Source: Wallemia ichthyophaga EXF-994 (Eukaryota > Fungi > Basidiomycota). From it: a stretch of DNA of 32,000 nt. The position numbers and the translations under genes were made by a program. The stretch is from NCBI RefSeq assembly GCF_000400465.1, contig NW_008806275.1, forward strand, positions 30,001-62,000. The letters are read 5' to 3'. Shown here piece after piece: positions 21,153 through 32,000 of this stretch. Under the pieces are notes generated by a model that worked only from the letters and a program-made list of their open reading frames with translations, did not search any database and was not told where the DNA came from. How positions within the stretch are numbered: position 1 is the first letter of the stretch; every line of letters starts with the position of its first letter.

Positions 21153-23200
21153 TTAGTCGGCATCCTGAACACCTGAATATGCAGGCAAATCAACCTGAGG
21201 CCATTCAATTTCACCTTTACTGAGTTTAACGATGGCGTCTACGACTTGCTCAACAGTACCGATTTTTTGCTCGGTTGTGTCACGCTCACGCAGGGTGATA
21301 GTGTTCTTCTTGACTGTTGCAAAGTCTACCGTGATACCGTATGGTGTACCGAGCTCATCGTTTCTAGCGTATCTCTTACCAATAGTTGCAGACGAGTCGT
21401 CGACTCTTGAAGCAACGCCGTTCTTGCGAAGTCTTAAAGAAATGTCTTTAATTATTGGCTCAAATTCTTTCGAGTTGGAGATTGGTACGACGAGAGCCTT
21501 GATTGGGGCGACTAATGGTGGGAATCCGAGTACCTGCGGTATGTTAGGCGGCGGTTTTTTGAAATACACACACTCACTGTTCTGCCTTCATCTTGCTCAC
21601 GTGCGTAGAAAGAGTGCTCGAGTAAGGCGTAAAGTATTCTACCAATACCGAAGGATGGCTCGATAACATTTGGCGTAAATTCACGCTTAGTTTCCTTGAA
21701 AGTCTTCTTTTCGATGGTGAGTAACTCTGGTGTCAAATCGTATTTGTTTCCATCAGCAGCTTGGATGTCAGATTTTCCTTGAGAATCAAAGTCCTTCTTG
21801 ATACATTCCAAACGTGGTTGATCGAGTGCAAAGATGGTACTCTCAACTATCTTTTGATTGGCTCTGAAAGTTGGACCAAATTTCTTCTTGTTGATCTCTG
21901 GTGCCCACTTTTCTTCTATCTTAATTTCTGGGAGTGGCTCACGCACAACTAATGGCTGGCCGGTACGTACGGCGTGCACTGTCAAGTCGTATGCTGATCT
22001 GTCGGCGCAACCAACACACTCAATCCATCCGTAACTAGTGTGAATTTCTGCATCCCAACAGTCTGATGCGTAGTGAGCCATCTCGTTGGACATGTGTTGT
22101 CTGAATCTCAGTCTGTCCTTGTTAATACCGATCTTTTCTAAGAAGAGGTTGATTCTGGCTACGAAGTAACCAAGTGTCTCATTGTCAATGATACCCTTCT
22201 TTACAGCTTCACCGACTGTAATCTTGGTCAAATCAGTCTTACCCTCGACTTGGACCTCATTTGGGAGAATTTGCAGTTGAACGTTCTCAACTTCGTTGAA
22301 TCTTGGGTGATTCTTTTTCAGAGGATCGACGTAGTGTTCAATTTCAGCCATCAAAAACTCTCTCACTCTGAGCAAACCCTGCTTTGGTGAAATTTCGTTA
22401 CGGAATGATTTACCAATTTGAGCAGATGCGAATGGAACTCTGCCATTGTTAAATTCCAACAACCTTCCAAAGTTTACAAAGTGACCTTGAGCAGTTTCTG
22501 GACGTAAGTAGCCCTTAACTTGACCAGTTGGACCGATAGAAGATTCGAACATCAAGTTGAATTCCACAGGCTTTGTTAAGTCATTTTGAGATTCAGGGGA
22601 TTTGATTGAATGTTTTTCAATTAAATCTGCTAATTCTTCACCATCGAAGTTATCAATTTGAGCGAGAATTGTCTCATATTGTTGTACAACAGCGTCATCT
22701 AGTTTGACAGCTGAAGATTTTACCTTTTTCTTCTTCTTTTTCTCATCCTCCTTTGGTTGTTCTATTTGTTGCTCACCACGAGCTTCTTTGTCACCTTTAA
22801 GACGAGCTTCAAGGACAGCTTCAACGAGGTGATCAGCTCTAAAGATATCACCAGTCTTTGTATCTCTACACATCCAATCTGTGAATTTATCGACGTGTCC
22901 AGAAGTCTTTAAAACTTCACCCAAAGTAACAGCCGTTGTATCAACTTCGAGCATTTCTTCTTCAATGATGAAATGTTTACGCCAGGCATCGAGTATGTTG
23001 GCTTGAAGTGCAGATCCAGGTGGACCGTAGTCGTATAGACCTGCGCAACCACCATAAATTTCAAAAGCAGGAGCGAAGAAGAATCTCCTTAAGCAAACAG
23101 CTTCTAATTTCGATTTATCAAAAGAGTGAGCTAGGCGATTAGACATGAGTGAAATTCTATTGGTTGATTCCTTTGTGAGTAATTTCAAGGTGAGTCGCAT
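21153..23200 (-). CDS. GRS1: Glycyl-tRNA synthetase (eukaryotic alpha2 type), probably dual cytosolic/mitochondrial
   Basis: Contains RRFFFAPAFEIYGG, YLRPETAQGHFVNF, QIGKSFRNEISP, HYASDCWDAEI, IECVGCADRS, EPSFGIGRI and the anticodon-binding YARNDELGTPYGITVDF. One intron near 21566-21523. In-frame ATGs at 23200 and 23146. Confidence 0.98.
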
Positions 23201-23318
23201 ACACCCACTCAAGATCGATGTATACCACCAAGAAATCAATAGCAATTACTAGTAATTTAAAATTTGTGCTATTAAATTTCTAAGCCACACTATTAAAATT
23301 CATTTCAATTTATAAATT

Positions 23319-23345
23319 CGAGTCATTATCCGTACATTTGAGTCA
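23319..23345. promoter_or_regulatory. Two AP-1/Gcn4-type sites 20 bp apart in the GRS1-ILV6 divergent promoter
   Basis: CGAGTCA at 23319-23325 and a perfect TGAGTCA at 23339-23345; TATAAA at 23311-23316. Confidence 0.4.
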
Positions 23346-23371
23346 TTTTGGTCTTCTCGAGCATTACGATC

Positions 23372-24511
23372 ATGTCTTTTATAGCTAGAAATGCGTTAAA
23401 GGCTAAAACTGCTAAACCAGCCCAGTTTTGTAGCATCTTACGCAGCTACTCACAACAACCACCAACAAACGACCCAGATTCAACGTCTGCGTATGAGTAC
23501 AAGTTACAGCACTCACCTAGGTCACCACCACCTTTGCCTGCTCAAGAACCACCAAGAAGATGGTCCGCAGAGGAATCTGTTAAGAATATTCTGTGCGTTG
23601 CTTATTATCACCCTGATCAAGTCAATTTAACTTGATTTCAGTTACAACACTCCTCCGCCTTCAACACAGCCATTCAAGAGACACATTCTCAATGCTCTCG
23701 TACAGAATGAACCAGGTGTCCTCAGTCGCGTTTCAGGTATTCTCGCTGCAAGAGGTTTCAACATTGATTCTTTAGTCGTTTGTCGCACTGAAGTTCGCGA
23801 TCTCAGTCGAATGTGTATCTGTATTAGAGGTCAAGATGCTGTTGTTGAACAAGCAAGAAGACAACTTGAAGATTTGGTGAGTTTTTTTAACTGTTTGATG
23901 GCTTTCTTACGATTTATTCTCACATATATAAAAAGGTACCTGTATGGGCTGTACTTGACTACACCAACACCAGCGTAATCGAGCGTGAACTTCTTTTAGT
24001 CAAAGTTTCATTACTCGGTCCAGAGTACTTTAATGAACATTTCAAACCATCTGCATCAGATCCTTCCTTCTCTTTAGAATCAGCAAGAACTTACGATGAA
24101 GCACTCACCCAGTTCTCACAAAACCAAAGACATTCTCAAGTTCAAGAAGATTTGACTAAAATGTCTTTGTCAGAGGCTTTAAGGACTAAACACGCTCATC
24201 TATCGGCATTAAAGAACCTCGCTGATCAGTTCTGTGGCCGCTTAGTCGATGTTAGCTCTGATAGCGTCATCGTTGAGGTTACCGGTAAGAGTACGAGATT
24301 GGATGCATTCCTTGGATTAGTAAGAGCATTTGGTGTTCTCGAAGCGTCTAGAACTGGTAGGGTTTGAAATTTAATGGTTTTATTGAGTTAATTACTTCAA
24401 TCAGGTATGATGGTTATGCCTAGAACACCCCTTCCAGCCAGCTGGGCGGAAGAGAGCGACGTCGCCGCTGAAGCTGATGAAATTGACACTTCTCTCTTAC
24501 CACCAGGTTGA
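23372..24511 (+). CDS. ILV6: Acetolactate synthase regulatory (small) subunit, mitochondrial
   Basis: Presequence followed by HILNALVQNEPGVLSRVSGILAARGFNIDSLVVC (ACT domain), QARRQLEDL|VPVWAVLDY, ERELLLVKVS, FGVLEASRTG|MMVMPR and C-terminal LPPG*. Confidence 0.97.
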
Positions 24512-24761
24512 TTAGCTGTTTTTATAAATTTAAATTACATTTTTGGGTATTGCGAATGCGGACAAATGACGTCGATTCGTTGATGTTTTTAATGATTTTG
24601 TTTGCTGGTTTGAGGTGTGTATACTTTGTGCTTGAGAATAAACGGCTCATTCTATCATCTAATTTACCCCACTTGTGTTTTCGTCAATTACATCAGTGCC
24701 ATCCTCCCTACCTCTTTGTACATAACCACCACGGCGTAGATAAAATTATATAATTTAAGAG

Positions 24762-27700
24762 ATGGGTACTAGTGACGGAGATTTCAGCAATCTCTCTCAT
24801 TCAGACCATCAATCTCGCGTCTTCAAGCCTTCGAAATCTAGCAGCAATGCGAATACCAATAATAAGCGTGCGTGTGTTTTAAGATAATTACGCACACCTC
24901 ACTAAAACAGCATCAGCCTATTTGCCACACTTATTCACTGGCACCACTAATAATCCTGACGATGAGCACGCGCTTAACGCTGATGACTACGATTGGGCAA
25001 TGTTCATCTCAGCTTATGCAGCCGGTAGATGGGATCCCTTCGAAATTCCCAGACCTCCTCTCAAATCTGCTTCTTCACTATCTGTTGATAGCCGCAGAAC
25101 TTACTCAGCTCATCGAGCTTTAGATAAAATTGATAGACTTAGCACCACAAGGAGAAGGTCGTCTATAAATGAAGCTGACATTCCTACAACTCCTTCTAAT
25201 TTATTAGATTCTCATTCTCCCTCTCATGCAGCCCCCAAATCTGGTCAAATTACTCACTCTGCTCCAATGTCCCAAGCAAATTCTAATGCTGAAAATGCTA
25301 ATGACCACGCTAATGGCTTGGATGCTCCCATTTATCCTTTGAATTTGACCTCTCCTCGTCAAAATTCAGCTTATGGTGCTGATTTGGCCGTACAAGTTGC
25401 AACTCACTCTCTCGTACAACATTCTGACGAAAAGGCAAAGAATCAGTTCAAAGGAATTCATAAAGAGGATGAAAGACCGTCTAGTGCCCCAAATGGCACT
25501 CAAAAACCTCCCCTCTCTTCTCAGGATACCAGCCAGGGCTACTTTGATTATGTATCGCCAAAAAATCAAGAACAACCAGCTCCTATAGCACCAATTAAAC
25601 CACCTGAGCGTCATTACTCTTTTGAATCCAGTGTGTCAACGGACACTTCCACACCAACCAATACTCGGCCTCAATTGCTCAACAGAGAGGACAGTGATCG
25701 AACAGTGATGAACGATGCAGGGCTTTCTCAGAATCCCGACTTTGATATAGACAGGCTAACCCAGGCCTTTGACAATCAGGCTATAGGCTCCACCTCACCC
25801 TCAGCAGCGTCCGCAAAAGCACTACCAGTTGAAATGAGTTCAATAAAAGACTCTATACCTTCAAGGCTGAGTTCAGATCGCATACAGCAATTAGCTGAGC
25901 AGCAATTCGATGAACTCACCTATTTGGTGCCTCCACTTCCCTTGAACGAAGACGCCAGAAGGAAGGAGTTGTTTAAATTTGACTTATTGAGAGGCACTCC
26001 AGATCTTTCTTTGGACAGGATACTTCATTTAGTAAAGCTGGTTTTTCAGACCAAGTGCGTCGTAATTAGTTTGGTGAATGGAGACACTGTGTTACTCAAA
26101 GCACACACTGGATATGAAGAAATGTTTGAGACGGATGTTAGAACTCAAGAGCCAAGAAATACTGCAATGAGTTCACATGCTATCTTGCAACAAAATGATG
26201 AACCTCTTGTCAGCTTAGATTTGACTAAAGACTGGAGATTTTCTAAAAATCCATCCTTCTCTCCCAAAGCAAAGTTTTACGCAGCTGCTCCGATTAGAAC
26301 ATACAATGGTTACAACATTGGTGCACTAGCCTTAATCGATTCTCAACCAAGAACTGAGTTCACACCGAGACAGAGGCACACTCTGAAGGAGTTTGCAGCC
26401 ATTGTTCTGCGTGAAATGGAGCTATGGAGGGATAAATGCCAGATGAGAACTAGAGACTTGATCCAAAGTTCGATGGAACAATTCAACAGAGATATCTTAG
26501 AAATGAATTCTGCCGGTAATGCTAAATCAAGAAACGTCAGTGATATGCAAAAGGTATATGATAAGGCTGCAAAATTAATCAAAGATACTCTTGGTGTTGA
26601 AGGTGCTCTGGTTTTGGATATTTCTCAGTTCGAGGTCGCAGAGAATCTAGGTGATGATAATGAGCTTTATATGCCGGTGTGTGTTTTATCAACGCTTCGA
26701 CTCTTTACTAATAACATTCAGGATCCCGTCACTAAGTCTTCTCAAAGAGAAACACCCTCACGGACGACGTCGTCAACTAATATCAACATGATGGATAGGC
26801 GAAGCAAATCTCATACGCAGCGGCCACCGCTAAACAAAACCAACACTAGTGATACTTACGCACGCTCTATTCCAATCCTGGCTGCTTCAGAGGATGGTCC
26901 TAAACCTCTTACTCGATTCCATCCAGTCAGTGAGGAGAACGCTGAAAAGCTGGCATGGTTTTTGAAACGTAACCCCGATGGTTACATTTTCGATTACGGG
27001 TTGATTCCGGGAGTTTTCAGGCAGTTTGTCGGTGTCAAAGAGAAGTACGGTATGGCGATAGTACCAATCTTCAACCTCTCGAATGATAAGGATGGTCCAT
27101 TTGCACTACTTGTTGCTTACACTGGCGATCGCAAGCTTCTTCTTGAGGGTTATGAAATACAGTTTTTACGCGCGATGGGTGTCATCATATTATCTGCTGT
27201 TCTCAAGGAGAGAATATTACTGGCAGACAAAGCAAAGCAGAACTTTATCAGCAACATCTCGCATGAATTGAGAACACCGCTGCATGGTATCCTCGCAGCT
27301 GCGGAGTTGCTTCAAGATACAGAGTTGGATGAGGTGCAAGTGGAATTTTTGGACACTGTCAAAGCATGCGGCAGGTCTTTAAGTGAAACCTTGAATCATG
27401 TTCTTGACTTTACAAAGCTTTCTGGATCGAATACGAGCGCAGGTGTTGAAAGGGGCATTAGACTTTCTAAAGTCAATCTCAAGAGTCTGGTAGAAGAGGC
27501 TGTGGAGAGTACGATTATCGGATACAGGGGTAAATTTGCTGCGTCGAATGAAGGTCTTGGTGATATCTACGCTCCTCCATCTAGTTCTTCATCCTCACCT
27601 TCGCTCACTTCCCAAAAAGTCGATCAAATAACAAAAGCCATTCCGGTGGAAATACTCGTCGATGTCCAGTTCAGATCAAATTGGTTTTGCAAATGCGAGA

Positions 27701-29627
27701 AAGCGGGTTTGCGAAGAGTTTTGCAGAATTTGGTCGGCAATTCACAGAAGTTCACTAAACATGGTTACATCATGATCGTTCTCCGCGAAGCTCCTCATTC
27801 ACCAGGCGCCAAGAAGATACCGATCGAATTGAGTGTCATCGACACAGGTAAGGGTATGTCAAAGAGTTTCTTGGATAGCCAAGTGTTCCAGCCATTTAGT
27901 CAAGAGGATCCCTTACAAGCTGGTACGGGATTGGGATTGGCCATCGTCAGCTCGATCATCAAGTCACCCTCTGTCAATGGACAGGTCGACATCAGAAGTC
28001 GTGAAGACTTTGGTACGGAGATCAAGCTGACTATTCCGATTGAAATCATCGATGATGGTAGTGGGGAAGAAAAGACTACTGACCAAGCGAACATCGTCGA
28101 GAAATTGGGTTACAGTCCAAATTGGAAGTTGAAAGTATCCATGCACGATTTCGATACTTCATCAATTGGTGGACAAGCACTCTACAACGTTACGTCTAAT
28201 TACTTGCAGAATTGGCTTGGATTGGAGTGCGTTAATTCGACCACACAGAACAACTACCACGGCGATATTCTTGTGCTCAATGAGAGTCGGGATAAGTTGG
28301 TTTCTTTGATTGACAAGCGCGATGCACGCAAGCCGATCGTCTTAATCTCTTCGTCTAGAGCCGACAAGCAACTGTACGGCGCCAAAGTTGAATATGAAAG
28401 AATGGGTGGTATTGCTAGGATAATATACAAACCAGCAGGACCGACCAAATTTGACTCAGTGATGGTTACGCTGATTGACAGTCTAGCCCAGCGAACAGGA
28501 CAACAGCGCAGTGAAAAGAAGCAGGGCAGCAACGTCGATTACACGGGAAGAAACCTGCCTATGCCATCACCTGCTGAATCATCGGGCTCTAGCAGATCAG
28601 ACTACTTTGGTGACGGATCCGGAGATCACTCTAATGACAGTCCCAAGGGTGGTAATGATTCGTTTGAGAAATGGAAAGACAACGTACCGGAGTTCGTCAG
28701 CCCGTCCAGTCAACGCAAACCTTCGACTGATAGTATGATGTCTGTACAAAGAAGAAACTCTGACAAGTCGACAAACTCAAGCGCGACTCTGCCTACCAGA
28801 CCAGGCATGGCGCCTCGGAGTGTCACGTTTCACAATACAACGGGTAACGTCCACAATAATAGCAGTAACAATGTGAACCAACTCAATCAGAACAAATCGG
28901 TGTCAGGGAATTGGTCAGCGTTTGCTTCTAGCTCGAAGGATACGCAAAGCAGCTCACCATCAACGCCTGGTTCAACTATTAGTATTTCTGGCGCAGGTGC
29001 TATACTCAAGACGAGCACTGAGGATGAACCCGTCAAGACACACGGTGAGCCGTTTAGAGTGCTTTGTGTTGATGACAACGCTGTCAATCTTAATCTGTTG
29101 ACCAAGTTCCTCAAGAAGAAGGTGTGTTGTTTTATTACGGTTGCTTGCGCTAACACTTTGAAGGGATGTGAATATGTCGAAGCAACAGACGGAAAGCAGG
29201 CAGTGGATATTATGGAGGCCAATTCCCCTGGTTACTTCTCTGTGATTTTGATGGATGGTAGGTTTGCTGGTTCGATGGAAGTCAATCGCTTACAAAATGA
29301 TTATTAGTCTCGATGCCGGTGATGGATGGCCTCCAAGCCACGATTGAAATCCGCAAAATAGAACAGCAGAGGAGGAAAGAAATGCGCGAGAGCCGAGACA
29401 AATCATTGCAAAAATCATACCTCACCGCTAAAGAGGGCGAGGTAACACCACCTGCTAAAATATTCGCATTGACTGGTTTGGCCGCTAAAGAGGATCGTCG
29501 AAGGGCATTTGGAGCTGGTGTGGATGGATACTTGATCAAACCTGCATCATTCAAATCTTTGGAGCTTCTTCTATCTCGAATTGGTGTTAGCAAAAAGGTA
29601 CCGGCACCAACACCACCTACTACTTAA
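24762..29627 (+). CDS. Cytosolic hybrid histidine kinase (GAF-HisKA-HATPase_c-REC)
   Basis: Exon 1 starts at ATG 24762; the track start at 24922 is TTG. Contains a GAF region (LDRILHLVKLVF...FYAAAPIRT.NGYNIGALALID), H-box ISNISHELRTPLHGIL, N-box LQNLVGNSQKFT, G-boxes DTGKGM, QPFSQED and GTGLGLAIV, and receiver VLCVDDNAVN...ILMD|VSMPVMDG...KPASF. Confidence 0.95.
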
Positions 29628-30000
29628 TACACAGCTTTCATGAAAAGGAGCAATCTCACATTCTCAATTCGCGTTAGGTGTCCTTATCCTACATTTTTCA
29701 TCCATCTCTATCTCTGTTTCACCTCCTTTTGGGCTACACTCTGAGGTCAAAAATCTCCCGATTTGCTTACGACAGTTTTGTCTGCTTTTCTTTTCTTTTC
29801 TTTTGTAATTTAACTCTTTACTATTACGATCAGCTTTATTTGCTTTTTCAGTGTTTGAGTGCGATTTAAGGTGGTAGTTTTTCGTTGCTGCTACTAGTTA
29901 ACTGAATTACTCTCTGCATCAAGATGTGCAATTTTTTCTTATCTATCCCAACGTCATCATCAGAGAGAGTCGGAGATAACACTCTCACCTAGGTCCATCG

Positions 30001-30552
30001 ATGAGCAGTGGGAAAAGTGAGAGCAGCCCAGTGACAGTGCATGGTAGGTGGAATTTGTCATCATAGTCTGCTCCTGCTTAAGTTTATGCAGTCTTGGATA
30101 CAGTTTCTGGTAAGCCGGCGCAGGGGATAACAGTTGAAATCAGCGACGCGTCCAAGAATACAATGGGCATTGAGTGAGCAGTGTGACATAGTTACCAGTT
30201 TTACTCACTAAAATTGTCCAGAAAAACAAATGAAAATGGTCGCTGCGATACCATCCTAGAAAAACTCATACAGAATAGACCAGCAAAAGGCGCGTATAAA
30301 GCCAGGTTCTATACAGAGGAGTACTGGTCAAAGAAATATACAATACCATTCCATCCGTTTGTCGATGTCAGTATGAGTTTTTACCTTGTGTCTAACTCAC
30401 GCTTATCATTGAAGGTTTGGTTCAGTATACTCAACACCAAGGAGCATTATCATGTGAGTCTAGCTTGCTTCTTAGCCGTGCATCCCTTCTGACGCCTTCA
30501 GATACCACTGCTCATCACTCCTGCCAGCTACACGACTTACAGGGGATCGTAG
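30001..30552 (+). CDS. 5-hydroxyisourate hydrolase (transthyretin-like), 4-5 small exons
   Basis: Spliced product is MSSGKSESSPVTVH|VLDTVSGKPAQGITVEISDASKNTMGIE|KTNENGRCD...GAYKARFYTEEYWSKKYTIPFHPFVD|VWFSILNTKEHYH|IPLLITPASYTTYRGS*. Catalytic His, Arg, His and the diagnostic C-terminal YRGS are all present. Confidence 0.95.
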
Positions 30553-30632
30553 CGTGGCACTTGTGTAAGGTTTTTGTGATGATTCACGTTTATAATGAAT
30601 GAAGCGATGGTAATTACAATGCAAGTTTTGGG

Positions 30633-32000
30633 TTAGTCATTAAGATTGTAGTATATGTTTTTGTCTTGGTAAGGTGTCTGAGTTTGTGAAGAGCGCGATG
30701 ATGTGGCAGAGTTAGCAGAGCGTGCGGACATAGGTTGCTGCGCTCTTTTCTCGAGTTTCAGCGGTTTAGTTTGAGTTGGAGGCGTGTTGACTAGAGGTAT
30801 TTCCCATTCCCACACTTGAGCCAGCCAAACTGCCAAACGATCAGCAGGGAATTTCTGGCTCGTCTTTTTCACCCAGCTATCTTGGAGGAGTTGAGAAGGC
30901 GATGGACGCGTTGCTGGATCTCTATCTAGACATTTTCTCACAAATGCCTTGATGCCAGACGACCATTTGAGACCTATTTCTGGCTCATCTGATAGTTCCG
31001 GTGGTTTGGATAGCGTGATCATATTTATCAGCTCTATCGGGCCCAGAGGCTCTTCGTTGGCTTCTTGGTACGGATATCTGTTCATGGCTACCTCGAGCAG
31101 TGTGAGTCCTAGCGACCAAACATCAGAATTTACTCTGTATCCCTGTCCTTTTGCATCCATTCGTTCAGGCTGAGAAGTGAGCTGTGATTGAGACAAAAGG
31201 TGCAAGAACTCACAGCCATATAGAACTGAGTACCGGTAAATGTCTCTGCTATACTACCTTGGAGTTCTCCAGATACACCAAAGTCACATAGCTTGACTTG
31301 ACCATTCCGCGTGATGACAATGTTCGATGGCTTGATATCTCTGTGAATGATTCTCTTGCTGTGGAGATATTCGAGCCCTCGGAGGACCTATGTGGGGAGT
31401 GAGTAAAGTCATCACTAAGATACCCCACCCACGCTGAAAGCAATGTTCCCGAGTGGCTTCTCGCCAGTCCTTCCCTGTCTCTTACGTATATGTTTGTAGA
31501 TTCTGTCGAGACTGCCACCCTCTGCGTACTCCATGCATACGTCGATTTCCGTGTTTTCTGAAGTTAGATAAGCGCCGTAGTATTTGATAATAGTTGAATG
31601 CTGGCAGTGCTTTAAGAATGATAGCTCACGCAGTAGCTGTTTGTGGATGGCAGGATCCGGGGAAGTTGACATGGATTTCTTAGCCATCACCATATCTGTG
31701 AGCTTATGCTTGACTTTAACGACGGAGCCACCAGCGCCCTCACCAAGTTTATCGATGACAGCGAGATCACGCGGGTTCATGTCGTAATCGTCGCCCAGTG
31801 GTATTTCCAAATCCTGTGGTTTGGGTGGTCGAGGAGGTGGAGCGGGTGCTGCGTAGACTGTCTTGTCGTAGTCGAGATTTGAAGAAGATGGCTGTGATGG
31901 CTGCAATTCTTCATTTGATGGTATGGCTAGCGATAGAGATGGTTTTCGCGCGTCGTGCGTATCCAGCTGATAACTCATCCCAGGAGCGTTATCGAGCTTT
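30633..32000 (-). CDS. MKK1: MAP kinase kinase of the cell-wall-integrity type (Mkk1/Mkk2/Pek1); may start at ATG 31978 or beyond the window edge
   Basis: Contains [45 protein letters not shown]|[44 protein letters not shown]|PER and [20 protein letters not shown] and RTGEK are Mkk1-like. The frame is open to the window end. Confidence 0.9.

Noticed and set aside
30633-32000. MAPKK as the pheromone-pathway kinase Ste7/Fuz7
   Set aside because: GEGAGG, RTGEK and TFTGT..YMAPER match the Mkk1/Pek1 cell-wall-integrity subfamily better.
1-32000. tRNA, rRNA, transposon, telomeric repeat or CRISPR features
   Set aside because: None recognised by eye; nearly all sequence is explained by protein-coding genes and short spacers. 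tRNAscan-SE and Infernal were not run.

Overview
Eukaryotic, intron-containing fungal DNA from a very compact basidiomycete genome. It holds about 18 genes in 32 kb, with mostly 42-56 nt GT-AG introns and gene spacers often only 50-170 bp. A Wallemia-like organism is my inference from compactness and intron size, not a database result. Gene order: TFIIIC-like 3' end (+), NSE2/MMS21 (-), mitochondrial S12 (+), a lone HD1/Sxi1-type TALE homeodomain gene (+), a Cid1-family nucleotidyltransferase with a long disordered tail (-), SFT2 (+), an uncharacterised protein (-), an IZH3-like PAQR (-), ETF alpha (-), a DUF2235 hydrolase (+), ELP6 (+), SEC59 (+), CDC24 (+), GRS1 (-), ILV6 (+), a GAF-type hybrid histidine kinase (+), a 4-exon HIU hydrolase only fragmentarily present in the ORF track (+), and an MKK1-type MAPKK (-). 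The most interesting signal is a mating-type-like HD1 gene with no adjacent HD2 partner. It sits next to CID1-like and ETF-alpha genes, both gene types of the Cryptococcus MAT locus, at the edge of a roughly 14 kb GC-rich block. I recognised no tRNA, rRNA, transposon or CRISPR. Exon boundaries were spliced by hand.
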